Shown: piece by piece, positions 1-30,490 of the stretch
Layout of the letters: the number at the start of each line of letters is the position of its first letter
How positions within the stretch are numbered: the stretch's first letter is position 1
Source: the human T2T-CHM13v2.0 reference genome, Homo sapiens
Assembly: GCF_009914755.1 (NCBI RefSeq)
Contig: NC_060943.1
Direction: 5' to 3' (one strand)
DNA: 64,000 nucleotides
The notes under the pieces: generated by a model
The model's input: the letters and a program-made list of their open reading frames with translations, nothing else
What the model was told of the DNA's origin: nothing
Databases searched by the model: none
Program-made: the position numbers and the translations under genes

Positions 1-253
1 ATTCTATTTTGTTTTAGCAACCCACTTCCTCCCGTCACTTCATTTAAAAGGATGCTGCCATAGTCTAACCCTACTGAACACTCTAGCATTCTGTAGTACT
101 ACTGCAGTACTAAGCATGAGGCAGTCTTAGTGTACTACTGAATATTCTGCCACCCCAACTACTACTGCCTTAGCCTCCTAATGGGTGTGAGCCCCACGTC
201 CATCCATGTCTTCTCTCTTCCAGCTCCTTCTAAAGCCTGAATTATTTGTGTGT

Positions 254-9320
<9,067 letters not shown>

Positions 9321-9543
9321 TAGCCAGGATGGTCTTGATATCGTCACCTTGTGATCCACCCGCCTCGGCCTCCCAAAGTGCTGGGAATACAGGCGTGAGC
9401 TACCGCACCCGGCCTAAATTTTTTTTTAAATAAAGAATGGTAGGTTCTTCACACCCTAATGTATTTTTACTTCTCCCACAGAGAAGGAAAGGAATGGCTT
9501 CCCCATGGCAAGCCACCTCAGTCTGGGCTTTCTTTTCTTCCAG

Positions 9544-9834
9544 GGGACTTTCCCATGCCTTTCATATCTGCCAAATCGAGTCCTGTGATTCCCTTGGATG
9601 GATCTGTGAAAATCCAGTGCCAGGCCATTCGTGAAGCTTACCTGACCCAGCTGATGATCATAAAAAACTCCACGTACCGAGAGATAGGCAGAAGACTGAA
9701 GTTTTGGAATGAGACTGATCCTGAGTTCGTCATTGACCACATGGACGCAAACAAGGCAGGGCGCTATCAGTGCCAATATAGGATAGGGCACTACAGGTTC
9801 CGGTACAGTGACACCCTGGAGCTGGTAGTGACAG
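9544..9834 (+). CDS. FCAR: FCAR exon EC1 (IgA-binding Ig domain), 291 nt, phase 1/1; signal-peptide exons lie upstream of the window
   Basis: ttccag|GG GAC TTT CCC ATG ... GTG ACA G|gtaagg; translates (G)DFPMPFISAK...YSDTLELVVT, matching CD89. Confidence 0.98.
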
Positions 9835-10138
9835 GTAAGGAAACATCCAGGGTCCACAGCCCTGGTGTGATTTTTTTCTTATTTTTAATAGAGTATTTTT
9901 CAAGAAGTTTTAGATTTACAAACAAAAAAAAATTGATGATTGCTTCAGAGAGTTCTCAGCCATCTGGCACCCCACTTCCCCCAGAGTTAACATCTTACAT
10001 TAGTATGGCACATTTCTTACCATTAATGAACAAATATCGACACATTCCCAGCTACAGTCTACAGTTTATTTACATTTTCTTAGTTTTTACCTGATAGTCT
10101 TTCTCTGTTCCAGGATCCCATTCAAGATTTCACATTGC

Positions 10139-12287
<2,149 letters not shown>

Positions 12288-12314
12288 CTAATAGCTCACT
12301 CTTTTCTCTCTTAG

Positions 12315-12602
12315 GCTTGTATGGCAAACCCTTCCTCTCTGCAGATCGGGGTCTGGTGTTGATGCCAGGAGAGAATATTTCCCTCACGTGCAGCTCAGCA
12401 CACATCCCATTTGATAGATTTTCACTGGCCAAGGAGGGAGAACTTTCTCTGCCACAGCACCAAAGTGGGGAACACCCGGCCAACTTCTCTTTGGGTCCTG
12501 TGGACCTCAATGTCTCAGGGATCTACAGGTGCTACGGTTGGTACAACAGGAGCCCCTACCTGTGGTCCTTCCCCAGTAATGCCTTGGAGCTTGTGGTCAC
12601 AG
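12315..12602 (+). CDS. FCAR: FCAR exon EC2 (second Ig domain), 288 nt
   Basis: ttag|GC TTG TAT GGC AAA ... GTC ACA G|gtaggt; LYGKPFLSADRG...SNALELVVT. Confidence 0.98.
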
Positions 12603-12803
12603 GTAGGTACCGCCCAGTCCAGCCCTGTGTCTGGGTTGGCTGTCCAGGGCCTTGCCACCGGGCAGGAATATGAAGACGTGCACTGAGAGTGAAGTGAAGA
12701 GAGGCAAAGGCTCTCACTCCAGGACAGTGGAGAGAGAAAGGCTTCCCCACCACACTTTCCGCTTTCACTTCCTCGCTAGAGTTCTCCAGACAGGGTTCAT
12801 TGA

Positions 12804-13050
<247 letters not shown>

Positions 13051-13956
13051 TGATCCACCTGCCTCGGCCTCCCAAAGTGCTGGGATTACAGGCGTGAGCC
13101 ACCGCGCCTGGCCAGGCTGCACACATTCTTATTAGGATTCCACCTTGTTCTGGTGTTGTAGAGATGTGATTAGGTATTTAGTGAATTCACCAAGTGAGGA
13201 GAGAATGAAAAGAAAACACAACCTGCCTGGCCGGGCGTGGTGGCGTGAGCCTGTCGTCCCAGCTACTCAGGAGGCTGAGGCAGGAGAATCACTTGAACCC
13301 AGGAGGCAGCTGTTGCAGTGAGCCAAGATCACGCCATTGCACTCCAGCCTGGGTGACAGAACGAGACTCCACCTCAAGAAAAAAAAAAAAAACATGGTTG
13401 GGCACGATGGCTCACGCCTGTAATCTGAGCACATTGGGAGGCTGAGGCAGGTGGATCACCTGAGGTCGGGAGTTCGAGACCAGCCTGGCCAACATAGTGA
13501 AACCCCATCTCCACTAAAAATACAAAAATTAACCAGGCGTGGTGGTGGTGGGCGCCTGTAATCCCAGCTACTTGGGAGGCTGAGGCAGGAGAATCACTTG
13601 ACCAGGGAGGCGGAGGTTGCAGTGAGCCGAGATCACGCCACTGCACTCCAGCCTGGGCAACAGAGTGAGACTCCATCTCAAAAAAAAAAAAAAAAAAAAA
13701 CACACACAACCTGCCCATAATCACCTCCTTCCCAGTTTATAGCACTTCCCTGGGAAGCACAGTTCCTTGCCCGTGAACACAGTCTTGCTGACTGATCAGT
13801 GTGGTGCTGGCGAAGCATGAGCTCATTGAGGGGATGCTTGAGGGAGTCCCATTTTGGCAAGCGAAAAGGAAAATGAGCTCCCGTTTCAGGGCTCTGGGGT
13901 TGGGATGGAATGGAACACAACCACCAACCATTCATCTCCTTGAATTGTGTCTCCAG

Positions 13957-17583
<3,627 letters not shown>

Positions 17584-17599
17584 TAACTTTTTTTTCTGA

Positions 17600-18191
<592 letters not shown>

Positions 18192-18411
18192 CCCAAGAAG
18201 CTGGGATTACAGGCACCCGCCGCCATGCCCAGCTCATTTTTGTATTTTTAGTAGAGACAGGGTTTCACCATGTTGGTCAGGCCGGTCTCGAACTCCCGGC
18301 CTCAGGTGATCTGCCCGCCTCAGCCTCCCAAAAGTGCTTGGATTACAGGCATGAGCCACTGCGCCTGGCCTTAGAAAACTTCTTTTTCTTTTTTTTTTTT
18401 TTTTTTTTTGA

Positions 18412-18588
<177 letters not shown>

Positions 18589-18600
18589 TAGGCTGGTCTG

Positions 18601-19015
18601 TTTCATGCGCGTCCGTGTGAAGAGACCACCAAACAGGCTCTGTGTGAGCAACAAGGCTGTTTATTTCACCTGGGTGCAGGCAGGCTGAGTCCGACAAGAG
18701 AGTCAGCGAAGGGGGATAGGGGTGGGGCCGTTTTATAGGATTTGGGTAGGTAAAGGAAAATTACAGTCAAAGGGGGGTTGTTCTTTGGTGGGCAGGAGTG
18801 GGGGGTCACAAGGTGCTCAGTAGGGGAGCTTTTGAGTCAGGATGAACCAGAAGAAGGAATTTCACAAGATAATGTCATCAGTTAAGGCAGGAACAGGCCA
18901 TTTTCATTTCTTTCGTGGTGGAATGTCATCAGTTAAGGCAGGAACCGGCCATCTGGATGTGTACGTGCAGGTCACAGGGGATATGATGGCTTAGCTTGGG
19001 CTCAGAGGCCTGACA
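18601..19015 (-). mobile_element. HERV-H 3' LTR (LTR7 family) with AATAAA
   Basis: 415-bp direct repeat of 24488-24902; AATAAA on minus strand at 18660-18665. Confidence 0.92.
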
Positions 19016-22000
19016 TTCCTGTCTTCTTATATTAATAAGAAAAATAAAACGAAATAGTGGTAAAGTGTTGGGATGGCGAAAATTTTGGGGGGTGGTATGG
19101 AGAGAGAATGGGCGATGTTTCTCAGGGCTGCTTCGAGCGGGATTAGGGGCGGCGTGGGAACCTAGAGTGGGAGAGATTAAGCTGAAGGAAGATTTTGTGG
19201 TAAGGGGTGATATTGTGGGATTGTTAGAAGAAACATTTTTCATTTAGAATTACTGGTGATGGCCTGGATGCAGTTTTGTATGAATTGAAAAACTAAATGG
19301 AATAAGGAAAGGAGAAAAACAGGTATTAAAGGTCTAAGAATTGGGAGGACCTAGGACATCTAATTAGAGAGTGCCTAAGGAGGTTCAGCATAGCCTTGCC
19401 AGCAAAGATTATTTATTTACTTCAAGAGTTAAGAGTGGTGGTTTGGGGATAGCACCAGGAGATATCAGCTGTGATGGCTTGGAAAAACAGTGTAAACCAG
19501 CAGTGTAAACAAGAGCAGGGCATGTGTGAGTAGTTGAGAATGGTGAATAGGAGTATGACTAGACAGAAGATAGTAGGGATGACAAGTTTTTGGGGGCACA
19601 TTCCAAGTTGGTCTGGTGTCTGGAATGAGACTGGGGCTTAATAAAAAGGAGCGTCTATACAGGAGCTCAAATGGGCTGTACCCTTTAGCATTCTGAGGAC
19701 AGGCCTGAATTCTGAGAAAAGAAAGTGGTAAAAGTATTGTCCAGTCTTTTTTAAGTTGGTGGCTGAGCTTGGTGAGGTGTGTTTTTAAAAGACTATTAGT
19801 CTGTTCTACTTTTCCTGAAGACTGAGGACTGTAAGGGATATAAAGGTTTCACTGAATACCAAGAGCCTGAAAAACTGCTTGGCTGATTTGACTAATAAAG
19901 GCCGGTCTGCTATCAGACTGTATAGAGGTGGGAAGGCCAAACTGTGGAATTATGTCTGACAGAAGGGAAGAAATGACCTCGGTGGCCTTCTCAGACCCTG
20001 TGGGAAAGGCCTCTACCCATCCAGTGAAAGTTTCTACCCAGACCAAGAGGTATTTTAGTTTCCTGACTCAGGGCATGTGAGTAAAGTCAATTTGCCAGTC
20101 CTGGGCGGGGGCAAATCCCCGAGCCTGATGTGTAGGGAAGGGAGGGGACCTGAGCAATCCCTGAGGGGTAGTAGAATAGCAGATGGAACACTGAGAAGTG
20201 GTTTCCTTGAGGATAGATTTCCAGGATGGAAAGGAAATGAGAGGTTCTAAGAGATGGGCTAGCAGCTTGTAACCTACATGGAAGAGGCTATGAAATATCG
20301 ACCGAATAGAATGGGCCTGTGAGGCTGGAAGGAGGTATTTTCCCTGGTCTAAGAACCATTTGCCTTGTGTGGGAAGAGATTGATGGGTGGAAGTTTCAGT
20401 GGGGGAGTAGGTGGGAGTGACTGATGAGAAGGAGAAAAACTGGCTGTGGGGGACAGAAATTGGCATGCTAGCTGCTTGTCTAGCTACCTTATCAGCATAA
20501 GCATAGATGTGAGAGACAGAAGTTGGAAAGCTAGCTGCTTGTCTAGCCACCTTGTCAGCATAGGCATTGTCTAGAGCAATGGGATCTGATGACTTTTGAT
20601 GGCCTTTGCAGTGAATGACTCCAGCTTCCTCTGGGAGTAAAGCGGCCTTGAGCAGAGTTTTTATTAAGGAGGCATTAAAGATGGAGGACCCTTGTGTAGT
20701 GAGGAAACCTCTTTCAGCCCATATGACCGCATGGTGGGGCAGAATATGAAAGGCATATTTAGAGTCAGTATAAATATTGATGCATAGTCCTTTTGCATCA
20801 GTGAGGGCTTGAGTTAAGGCAACTAATTCGGCTTGCTGAGAGGTAGTGGAGGGGGCAGAGCGGTAGCCTCAATGATAGATGTGGAAGATACTATAGCATA
20901 GCCTGCCTTTGCTGGTGAGTGGCGATTAGGCCTGGTGGAACTGCCATCAATAAACTAAATGTGATTAGGGTGAGGAATAGGAAAGAAGGAAATGTGGGGA
21001 AATGGGGTGAATGTCAGGTGGATCAGAGAGATACAGTCATGGGGGTCAGGTGTGGTATCCGGAATAATGTGGGAGGCCGGATTGAAGTATGGGCCAGTAA
21101 CAATGGTAATTGTGGGAGACTCAACAAAGAGTGAGTACAGCTGAAGGAGCCGGGGAGCAGAAAGTATATGCGTCAGGTGTGAGGAAGAAAATAGATTTTT
21201 GGAAGTTATGAGAACTGTAGAGAGTGAGTTGAGCATAGTTTGTGATTTTGAGGGCCTCTAAAACTATTAAAGCAGCGGCAGCCGCTGCTCACAGACGTGA
21301 GGGCTAGGCTAAAACAGTAAGATCAAGTTGTTTGGACAGAAAGGCTACAGGGTGCGGTCCTGGCTCTTGTGTAAGAGTTCTGACCACGCTAACCATGCCT
21401 AGGAAGGAAAGGAGTTGTTGTTTTGTAGAAGGTGCTGGGGTTTGAGAGATCACTAGGACACGATTGGCAGGGAGAGCACGTGTGTTTTTATGAGAATTAT
21501 GCCGAGATAGGTAACAGAGGAGGAAGAAATTTGGGCTTGACTGAAGTAATGGGGGCTGTCTGTGAAGCCTTGCAGCAGTACAGCCTAGGTAATTTGCTGA
21601 GCTTGATCGGTGTCAGGGTCAGTCCAAGTGAAAGCGAAGAGAGGCTGGGATGAAGGGTGCAAAGGAACAGTAAAGAAAGCATGTTTGAGATCCAGAACAG
21701 AATAATGGGTTGTAGAGGCAGGTATTGAGGATAGGAGAGTATATGGGTTTGGCACTACGGGGTGGATAGGCAAAACAATTTGGTTGATAAGGTGCAGATC
21801 CTGAACTAATGTGTAAGCCTTGTCTGGTTTTAGGACAGGTAAAATGGGAGAATTGTAAGGGGAGTTTATAGGCTTTAAAAGGCCAGCTGTAGCAGGCTTT
21901 AATCCTTTTAAAGCATGCTGTGGGATGGGATATTGGCATTGAGCGGGGTAAGGTTGATTAGGTTTTAATGAGATGGTAAGGGGTGCATGATTGGTCACCA

Positions 22001-24487
22001 AGGAGGGAGTAGAGGTATCCTATACTTGTGGGTTAAGGTGGGGGGATACAAGAGGAGGACACAAAGGAGGCTTTGGATTGGGAAGAAGGGCAGCAATGAG
22101 ATATAGCTGTAGTCCAGGAATAGTCAGGGAAGCAGATAATTTAGTTAAAGTGTCTCAGCCTAATAAGGGAACTGGGCAGGTGGGGATAACTAAAAAGGAG
22201 TGCTTGAAAGAGTATTGTCTAAGTTGGCACCAGAGTTGGGGAGTTTTAAGAGGTTTAGAAGCCTAGCTGTCAATACCTACAACAGTTATGGAGGCAAGAG
22301 AAACAGGCCCTTGAAAAGAAGGTAATGTGGAGTGGGTAGCCTCCATATTGATTAAGAAGGGGACGGGCTTACCTTCCACTGTGAGAGTTACCTAGACTGT
22401 CTGTGATGGTCCTGTAGGCTTCCGAGGCGATCGGGATCGGGCAGTGTCAGTCTTCAGCTGCTAAGCCGAGAAGATCTGGGAAGGAGTCAGAGAGCCTTGG
22501 GCCAGAGTTCTAGCTGCTCTGGGAGTGGCTGCCAGGTGAGTTGAACAGTCCGATTTTCAGTGGGGTCCCGCACAGATGGGATGCGGCTTAGGAGGAATCC
22601 CAGGCTGTGGACATTCCTTGGCCCAGTGGCCAGATTTCCAGTACTTGTAGCAAGCTCCTGGGGGAAGAGGTTCTGGAGGAACCCCTGGCAGCTGCGGTTC
22701 AGGCGTTTGGAGTTCTCGTGTGCTGGAGATGTGGCTGGGGTTTGTCTCATCTGGATACTGGAGTGGAGGCAAGGAATTGCAACTCAGAAATATGTTGCTA
22801 TTTGGCTGCCTCTACTCTATTACTGTACACCTTGAAGGCGAGGTTAATTAAGTCTTGTTGTGGGGTTTGAGGGACAGAATTTAATTTTTGGAGCTTTATT
22901 TAATGTTGGGAGCAGATTTGGTAATAAAATGTATATTGAGAATAAGACGGCCTTTTGACTTAGGGTCTAGGGCTGTAAAGCGTCTCAGGGTTGCTGCCAA
23001 ATGAGCCATGAACTGGGCTGTGTTTTTAAATTTGATGAAAAAGAGCCTAAACACTATCTGATTTGGGAGAGGTCAGATAAAGAAAAAGGAGCATTAACCT
23101 TGACTATGCCTTTAGCTTCAGCCACCTTTTTAAGAGGAAATTGCTGGGCAGTTGGGGGAGGGCTAGTCATGGAATGGAACTGTAAGCTGGACCGGGTGTG
23201 AGGAGGGGAGGTGATAAAAGGATTATAGGGTGGAGGAGCGGAGGCTGAGGAAGAATTGGGACCCAGCTCGGCCTGGCGAGGAGGGGAGATGTCAGATGGG
23301 TCTGTAGAAAAGGAAGATTAGAAAGACTCAGCGATGCTTGGGGTTGGGACTGACGGGACAGGCGGGAGGGAAAGAAGGAAGATTTGGGACGAGTTGCACT
23401 GGGCATAGAGACTAGGGAGGGACCGATGTGTAAAAGAATGCCTGGATGTCAGGCACCTCAGACCGTTTGCCCATTTTACAACAAGAATTATTTAGATCTT
23501 GTAGGATGGAAAAATTGAAAGTGCCGTTTTCTGGCTATTTGGAACCACTGTCAAGTTTGTATTGGGGTCAAGCAGCATTGCAGAAGAAAATAAGGCATTT
23601 AGGTTTTAGGTCAGGTGTGAGTTGAAGAGGTTTTAGGTTTTTAAGAACACAGGCTAAGGGAGAAGAAGGAGGAATGGAGGGTGGAAGGTTGCCCATACTG
23701 AAGGAGGCAAGCACAGAGAAAAGAGAGAGTAGAGACATGGAGGGAAGGGGTTCAGGGGTTCTTACCTTCCAGAAAAGCGGGAAAGGGGTCAGGGCACAGA
23801 AGTAAGGGATTGGGGTGCAGAGACAAGAGGTCGGGGTGTGGAAATAAGGGATCGGGGTGCAGAGATAAGACGTCAGGGCACAGAAATAAGGGATCGGGGG
23901 ATTCTTGCCCCCTAGAAAAGCGGTACTTGCCACTAAGGGTGAAGGAGAAGGGGTTGGGGGGTTCTTGCCCCCCCAGAAAAGCAGAGAAGGGGTAGAGACA
24001 CAGAGAAGGAGTTGGGGGTTCTTGCCCCCCCAGAAAAGCAGTACTTGCCACTAAGGGTGAAGGACCAAGGCAGGCATCCCCATGTGGTCAGACACCTCTG
24101 AAACGTGGGTGAATAATCAGAGAGGTGTCCCCGCGTGATTAAACACCAAGGGAAGGCTGCCTTCCCGAGTCCATGACCGGCGCTGGAGTTTTGGGTCCAC
24201 GAATAAAGCGCGTCTCCTGTCTCTACCAGAAAAGGAAAGGAACTGAAATTAAGAGAAGGGAGAGATTGAAGAGTGGAAAGGAGAAAGTGGTTGAGGGATA
24301 GTGAGAGAGGTTGGAGAAGAGAGTAAAAAGAGGCTGCTTACTGGATTTAAAATTGGTGAGATGTTCCTTGGGCTGGTTGGTCTGAGGACGAGAGGTCGTA
24401 GGTGGATCTTTCTCATGGAGCAAAGAGCAGGAGGACAGGGGATTGATCTCCTAAGGAAGATCCCCTGATTCGAGTTATGGCACCAAA

Positions 24488-24902
24488 TTTCACTCACGTC
24501 CGTGTGAAGAGACCACCAAACAGGATTTGTGTGAGCAACAAGGCTGTTTATTTCACCTGGGTGCAGGCGGGCTGAGTCCAGAAAGAGAGTCAGCAAAGGG
24601 AGATAGGAGTGCGGCCGTTTTATAGGATTTGGGTAGTTAAAGGAAAATTTCAGTCAAAAGGGGGTTGTTCTCTGGCGGGCAGGAGTGGGGTTCACAAGGT
24701 GCTCAGTAGGGGAGCTTTTGAGCCGGGATGAGCCAGGAGAAGGAATTTCATAAGATAATGTCATCACTTAAGGCAAGAACAGGCCATTTTCATTTCTTTC
24801 GTGGTGGAATGTCATCAGTTAAGGCAGGAACCGGCCATCTGGATGTGTACATACAGGCCACAGGGGGATATGATGGCTTAGCTTGGGCTCAGAGGCCTGA
24901 CA
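24488..24902 (-). promoter_or_regulatory. HERV-H 5' LTR (LTR7 family) with TATA box
   Basis: Minus strand starts TGTCAGGCCTCTGAGCCCAAGCTAAGCC; TATAAAA at 24618-24624; PBS follows at 24468-24485; two copies of the U3 repeat. Confidence 0.9.
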
Positions 24903-26152
24903 GTCTGGATCACCTGACCTGGTGATCCGCACACCTCGGCCTCCCAAAGTGCTGGGATTACAGGCATGACCCACTGCACCTGGCCTTAGAAAACTTCTTA
25001 AATATTAAAATGTATGTTATGTGTATTTTGCCACAATTTTTGAAAAGTACCTTCTGGTGTTTAGAGACAGAAGATGAGTGGTTGCCTAGGGCCGGGAGAG
25101 TGAGGGGATCGTGGTGATGGGCAGCTGGTCGGCATGGGGTTCTGAAGGGCAGTGATGACAACATTCTAAAATTAGACTGTGTTGACGGTTGCACCAACTC
25201 CGTGAATACCACAAAATTTAAACCATTGAATTATGCACTTTTAATGGGTAATTGTATGGCATGTAAATTATATCTCAATAAAGTTATATTTTTAAATACC
25301 AAAAAAAGGCCGGGTGCGGTGGCTCACGCCTGTAATCCCAGCACTTTGGGAGGCCGAGAAGGGCGGATCACGAGGTCAGGAGATGGAGACCATCCTGGCT
25401 AACATGGTGAAACCCCATCTCTACTTTGAAAAAAAAAAAAAAAGATTACCCGGACGTGGTGGTGGGCACCTGTAGTCCTAGCTACTCAGGAGGCTGAGGC
25501 AGGAGAATGGCATAAACTCGGGAGGCAGAGCTTGCAGTGAGTCGAGATTGCGCCACTCAGGAGGCTGAGGCAAGAGAATGGCATAAACCCCGGAGGCAGA
25601 GCTTGCAGAGAGCCGAGATTGCGCCACTGCACTCCAGCATGGGTGACAGAGCGAGAGTCCATCTCAAAAAAAAAAAAAAAAAAAAAAAAGATTAGTAATA
25701 TCCTCTGTGTCACTTACCACTTAAGTGATTGAATCACGACTTGAAATTCATCATCTCAAACATGGCTTAGAGTCTGTAGAGGGGGGACAGTCCCAGGAAT
25801 GCTGGTGTGGGCTTAAGGCTGAATTAAATAGATCCAGATGGCTCACACCTGTAATCCCAATACCTTGGGAGGCCGAGGCAGGTGGGAGGCTGAGGCAGGC
25901 GGATCACTGGAGCTCCTGGAGCGAAGAAAGGATGCTAGTGGAAAAACTGGTGAAATCAGAATAAAGTCTATAGTTTTATTTTTTAAAGGAGGCTGGGCGT
26001 GGTGGCTCATGCCTCTAATCCCAGCACTTTGGGAGGCTGAGGCAGGTGGATCAGTTGAGTTCAGGAGTTCAAAACCAGCCTGGCCAACTTGACGAAACCC
26101 CATCTCTACTAGAAATACAAAAATTAGCTGGGCGTGGTTGTGGGTGCCTCTA

Positions 26153-26293
<141 letters not shown>

Positions 26294-26974
26294 TTAAATA
26301 AATTGTGTAATCTTGGATTAAATCCTAAACCAAATATATGTCACTGGTAAAACAAGTGGTGAAATTTGAATAAAGTGGATAGATCAGACAATAGTGTCAT
26401 ATCAGTGCTATTTCTTGACCTTGAACATTAATAACAGAATGTCCTTGGTTTTGGGAAATATAACCTGAAGTGATTAGAGGTTTAGGGCATCATATGCAAA
26501 TTAGACACACTTTCTTCGGGGAGAGAGGGAGAGGGAGAGAGGCTGAATGATGAAGCAAATGTGGTAAAATGCTAACTTTGGGGAAATCTGGATGAAGAAA
26601 TTACAGATTTTTTTTTTTTTTATAGACAGGGTAACACTCTGTCACCCAGGCTAGAGTGCAGTGGCACGATCATGGCTCACTGCAGCTTCTACCTCCCTGG
26701 GCTCAGATGACCCTCTCACCTCAGCCTCCCAAGTAGCTGGGACTATAGGCGCACAGCACCACACCTGGCTAATTTTTGCATTTTTTTTTCCCCCAGGCTC
26801 GTCTCAAGCAATCCACCCACCTCGGCCTCCCAAAGTGCTGGGATTACAGGTGTGAGCCACTGCACCTGGCCAGAAATTCTTTAAACTATTTTTGCAAGTC
26901 TGGAATTATGTCAAAATTAAAAGCTCAAAATAATAAAAGACAATATTCTTATATTTCTTTGGTGAAGGTAACTA

Positions 26975-28130
<1,156 letters not shown>

Positions 28131-28211
28131 TAAAAGAAATGTTTCTTGGCTGGGTGTGGTGGCTCACACCTGTAATCCCAGCACTTTGAGAGGCCGAGGC
28201 AGGAAGATTCA

Positions 28212-28526
<315 letters not shown>

Positions 28527-28649
28527 TTATTGAAACATTATAACACTATCTTTGAAGAAGATAGTGTTATCATTCCATTCTGATGAAACCAATTAACTTA
28601 TCCAAGCATATGTATACTGTACACAGAGAAGCCAACGTCAAAACCCCTA

Positions 28650-29603
<954 letters not shown>

Positions 29604-30103
29604 TGTTGAGGGATAATTTAGGAATCAGAGAGACCGAGGGGTTGAGGAGGATTTATTATTATTATTATTATTTAGGTGCACCGGCCCCAGTCAGATTAAC
29701 ATCCAAAAAGACTGAGGCTCGAACAGAGAGTCCGGTTACCTTTTAAGCATTTTGTGGGGTTGGGGGAGATCTGTGCAGGGGGAAGCATATTACAGAAGCA
29801 AGAAACAAAGGCAGTTATTCAATTGAGACATGCATCACATTATTCCTTACTTTTCAAGAAAAATATGTTTTACGACTTGAGGTTATCCTGTCTAGTGACC
29901 TTGCAGCCGCACGGCAAGAGAAACAGGGTCTTCACAATGCCTGGGAAAGGGAGAGATAAGGCTCACTAGCCACAGACAGAAAAACAGGCAGTTCATGTTT
30001 AAAGGACTCCACCTCTTTCTCTTCCTCGGGGGGAACTGGGTTTTCTTAAATACAACTGAGTTTTTGTTTACACATTCTGTAATTTCTTTTAATTCCTGTT
30101 CCA
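29604..30103 (-). mobile_element. Solo ERV1 LTR resembling LTR15
   Basis: TG...CA ends, 500 bp, 4-bp TSD GTAT (29600-29603 / 30104-30107); minus strand starts TGGAACAGGAATTAAAAGAAATT..AAACTCAGTTGTAT..AAGAAAACCCA. Confidence 0.8.
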
Positions 30104-30269
30104 GTATCTCACTGTGAAACTCCCTATGTTTTTATACGATTCTCAGGGGGTTTCCTCTGGGCATGATTGGGCACAACTTCCCACAGTCAGCTCTGGGTAC
30201 GACCTCCACATTGCAGAATTGAGAAGTTGACCCAGAAATGCATTTTGGGCTGAGCAGACAATTGTCAGA

Positions 30270-30490
30270 GTTGCTGGCTAGACCACAGATGTGTCAGAGG
30301 GACCACGGCCTTTCTGTAAGCTCATGGTCAGAGGCGGAGGGGAGTTGTGAACGTTCTGATGAAAGCAGTCAACGTGAAAGCGCTCTGGTGATGGGCGCTG
30401 GTGCTCACCCACCACTTCCTGTGTATCTATCTCCCTGGCCCGCCCGGCTCAGTCCCCACTGCTCAGCACTAGGCCGGCAGAATCTGAGCG
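30270..30490 (+). promoter_or_regulatory. NCR1: NCR1 proximal promoter (no TATA box seen) with RUNX, E-box and ETS motifs
   Basis: ACCACA 30282-30287, CAGATG 30286-30291, ACCACTTCCTGT 30411-30422 (ACAGGAAGTGGT on minus), directly upstream of the ATG. Confidence 0.7.

Larger units (their letters stand above)
18601..24902 (-). mobile_element. HERV-H provirus (common internally deleted, env-less form), 6.3 kb, both LTRs present, ORFs broken
   Basis: LTR7-type LTRs at both ends, TSD GTCTG (18596-18600 / 24903-24907), His PBS, gag zinc-knuckle remnant (CYKYWKSGHWAKEC), RT (VLDLKHAFF), IN (DWQIDFTHMP; FTGWVEAFP..IQSD), PPT at 19016-19028. Confidence 0.95.

Noticed and set aside
20-175. ETS-like CACTTCCT and small TAGTACT/AGTACTA palindromes
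   Set aside because: Short motifs expected by chance; context cut by the window edge.
9835-10094. FCAR EC1 read-through frame with hydrophobic VIFFLFLIEYF
   Set aside because: Comes from a T-rich, repeat-like intron stretch; too short for a TM helix; no support for expression.
19849-22772. HERV-H gag/pol ORF pieces as functional genes
   Set aside because: Fragmented by stops and frameshifts; no RT YxDD region or env seen.
23750-24065. Short spaced direct repeats superficially like a CRISPR array
   Set aside because: Degenerate HERV-H leader repeats in a eukaryotic locus; no unique spacers or cas genes.
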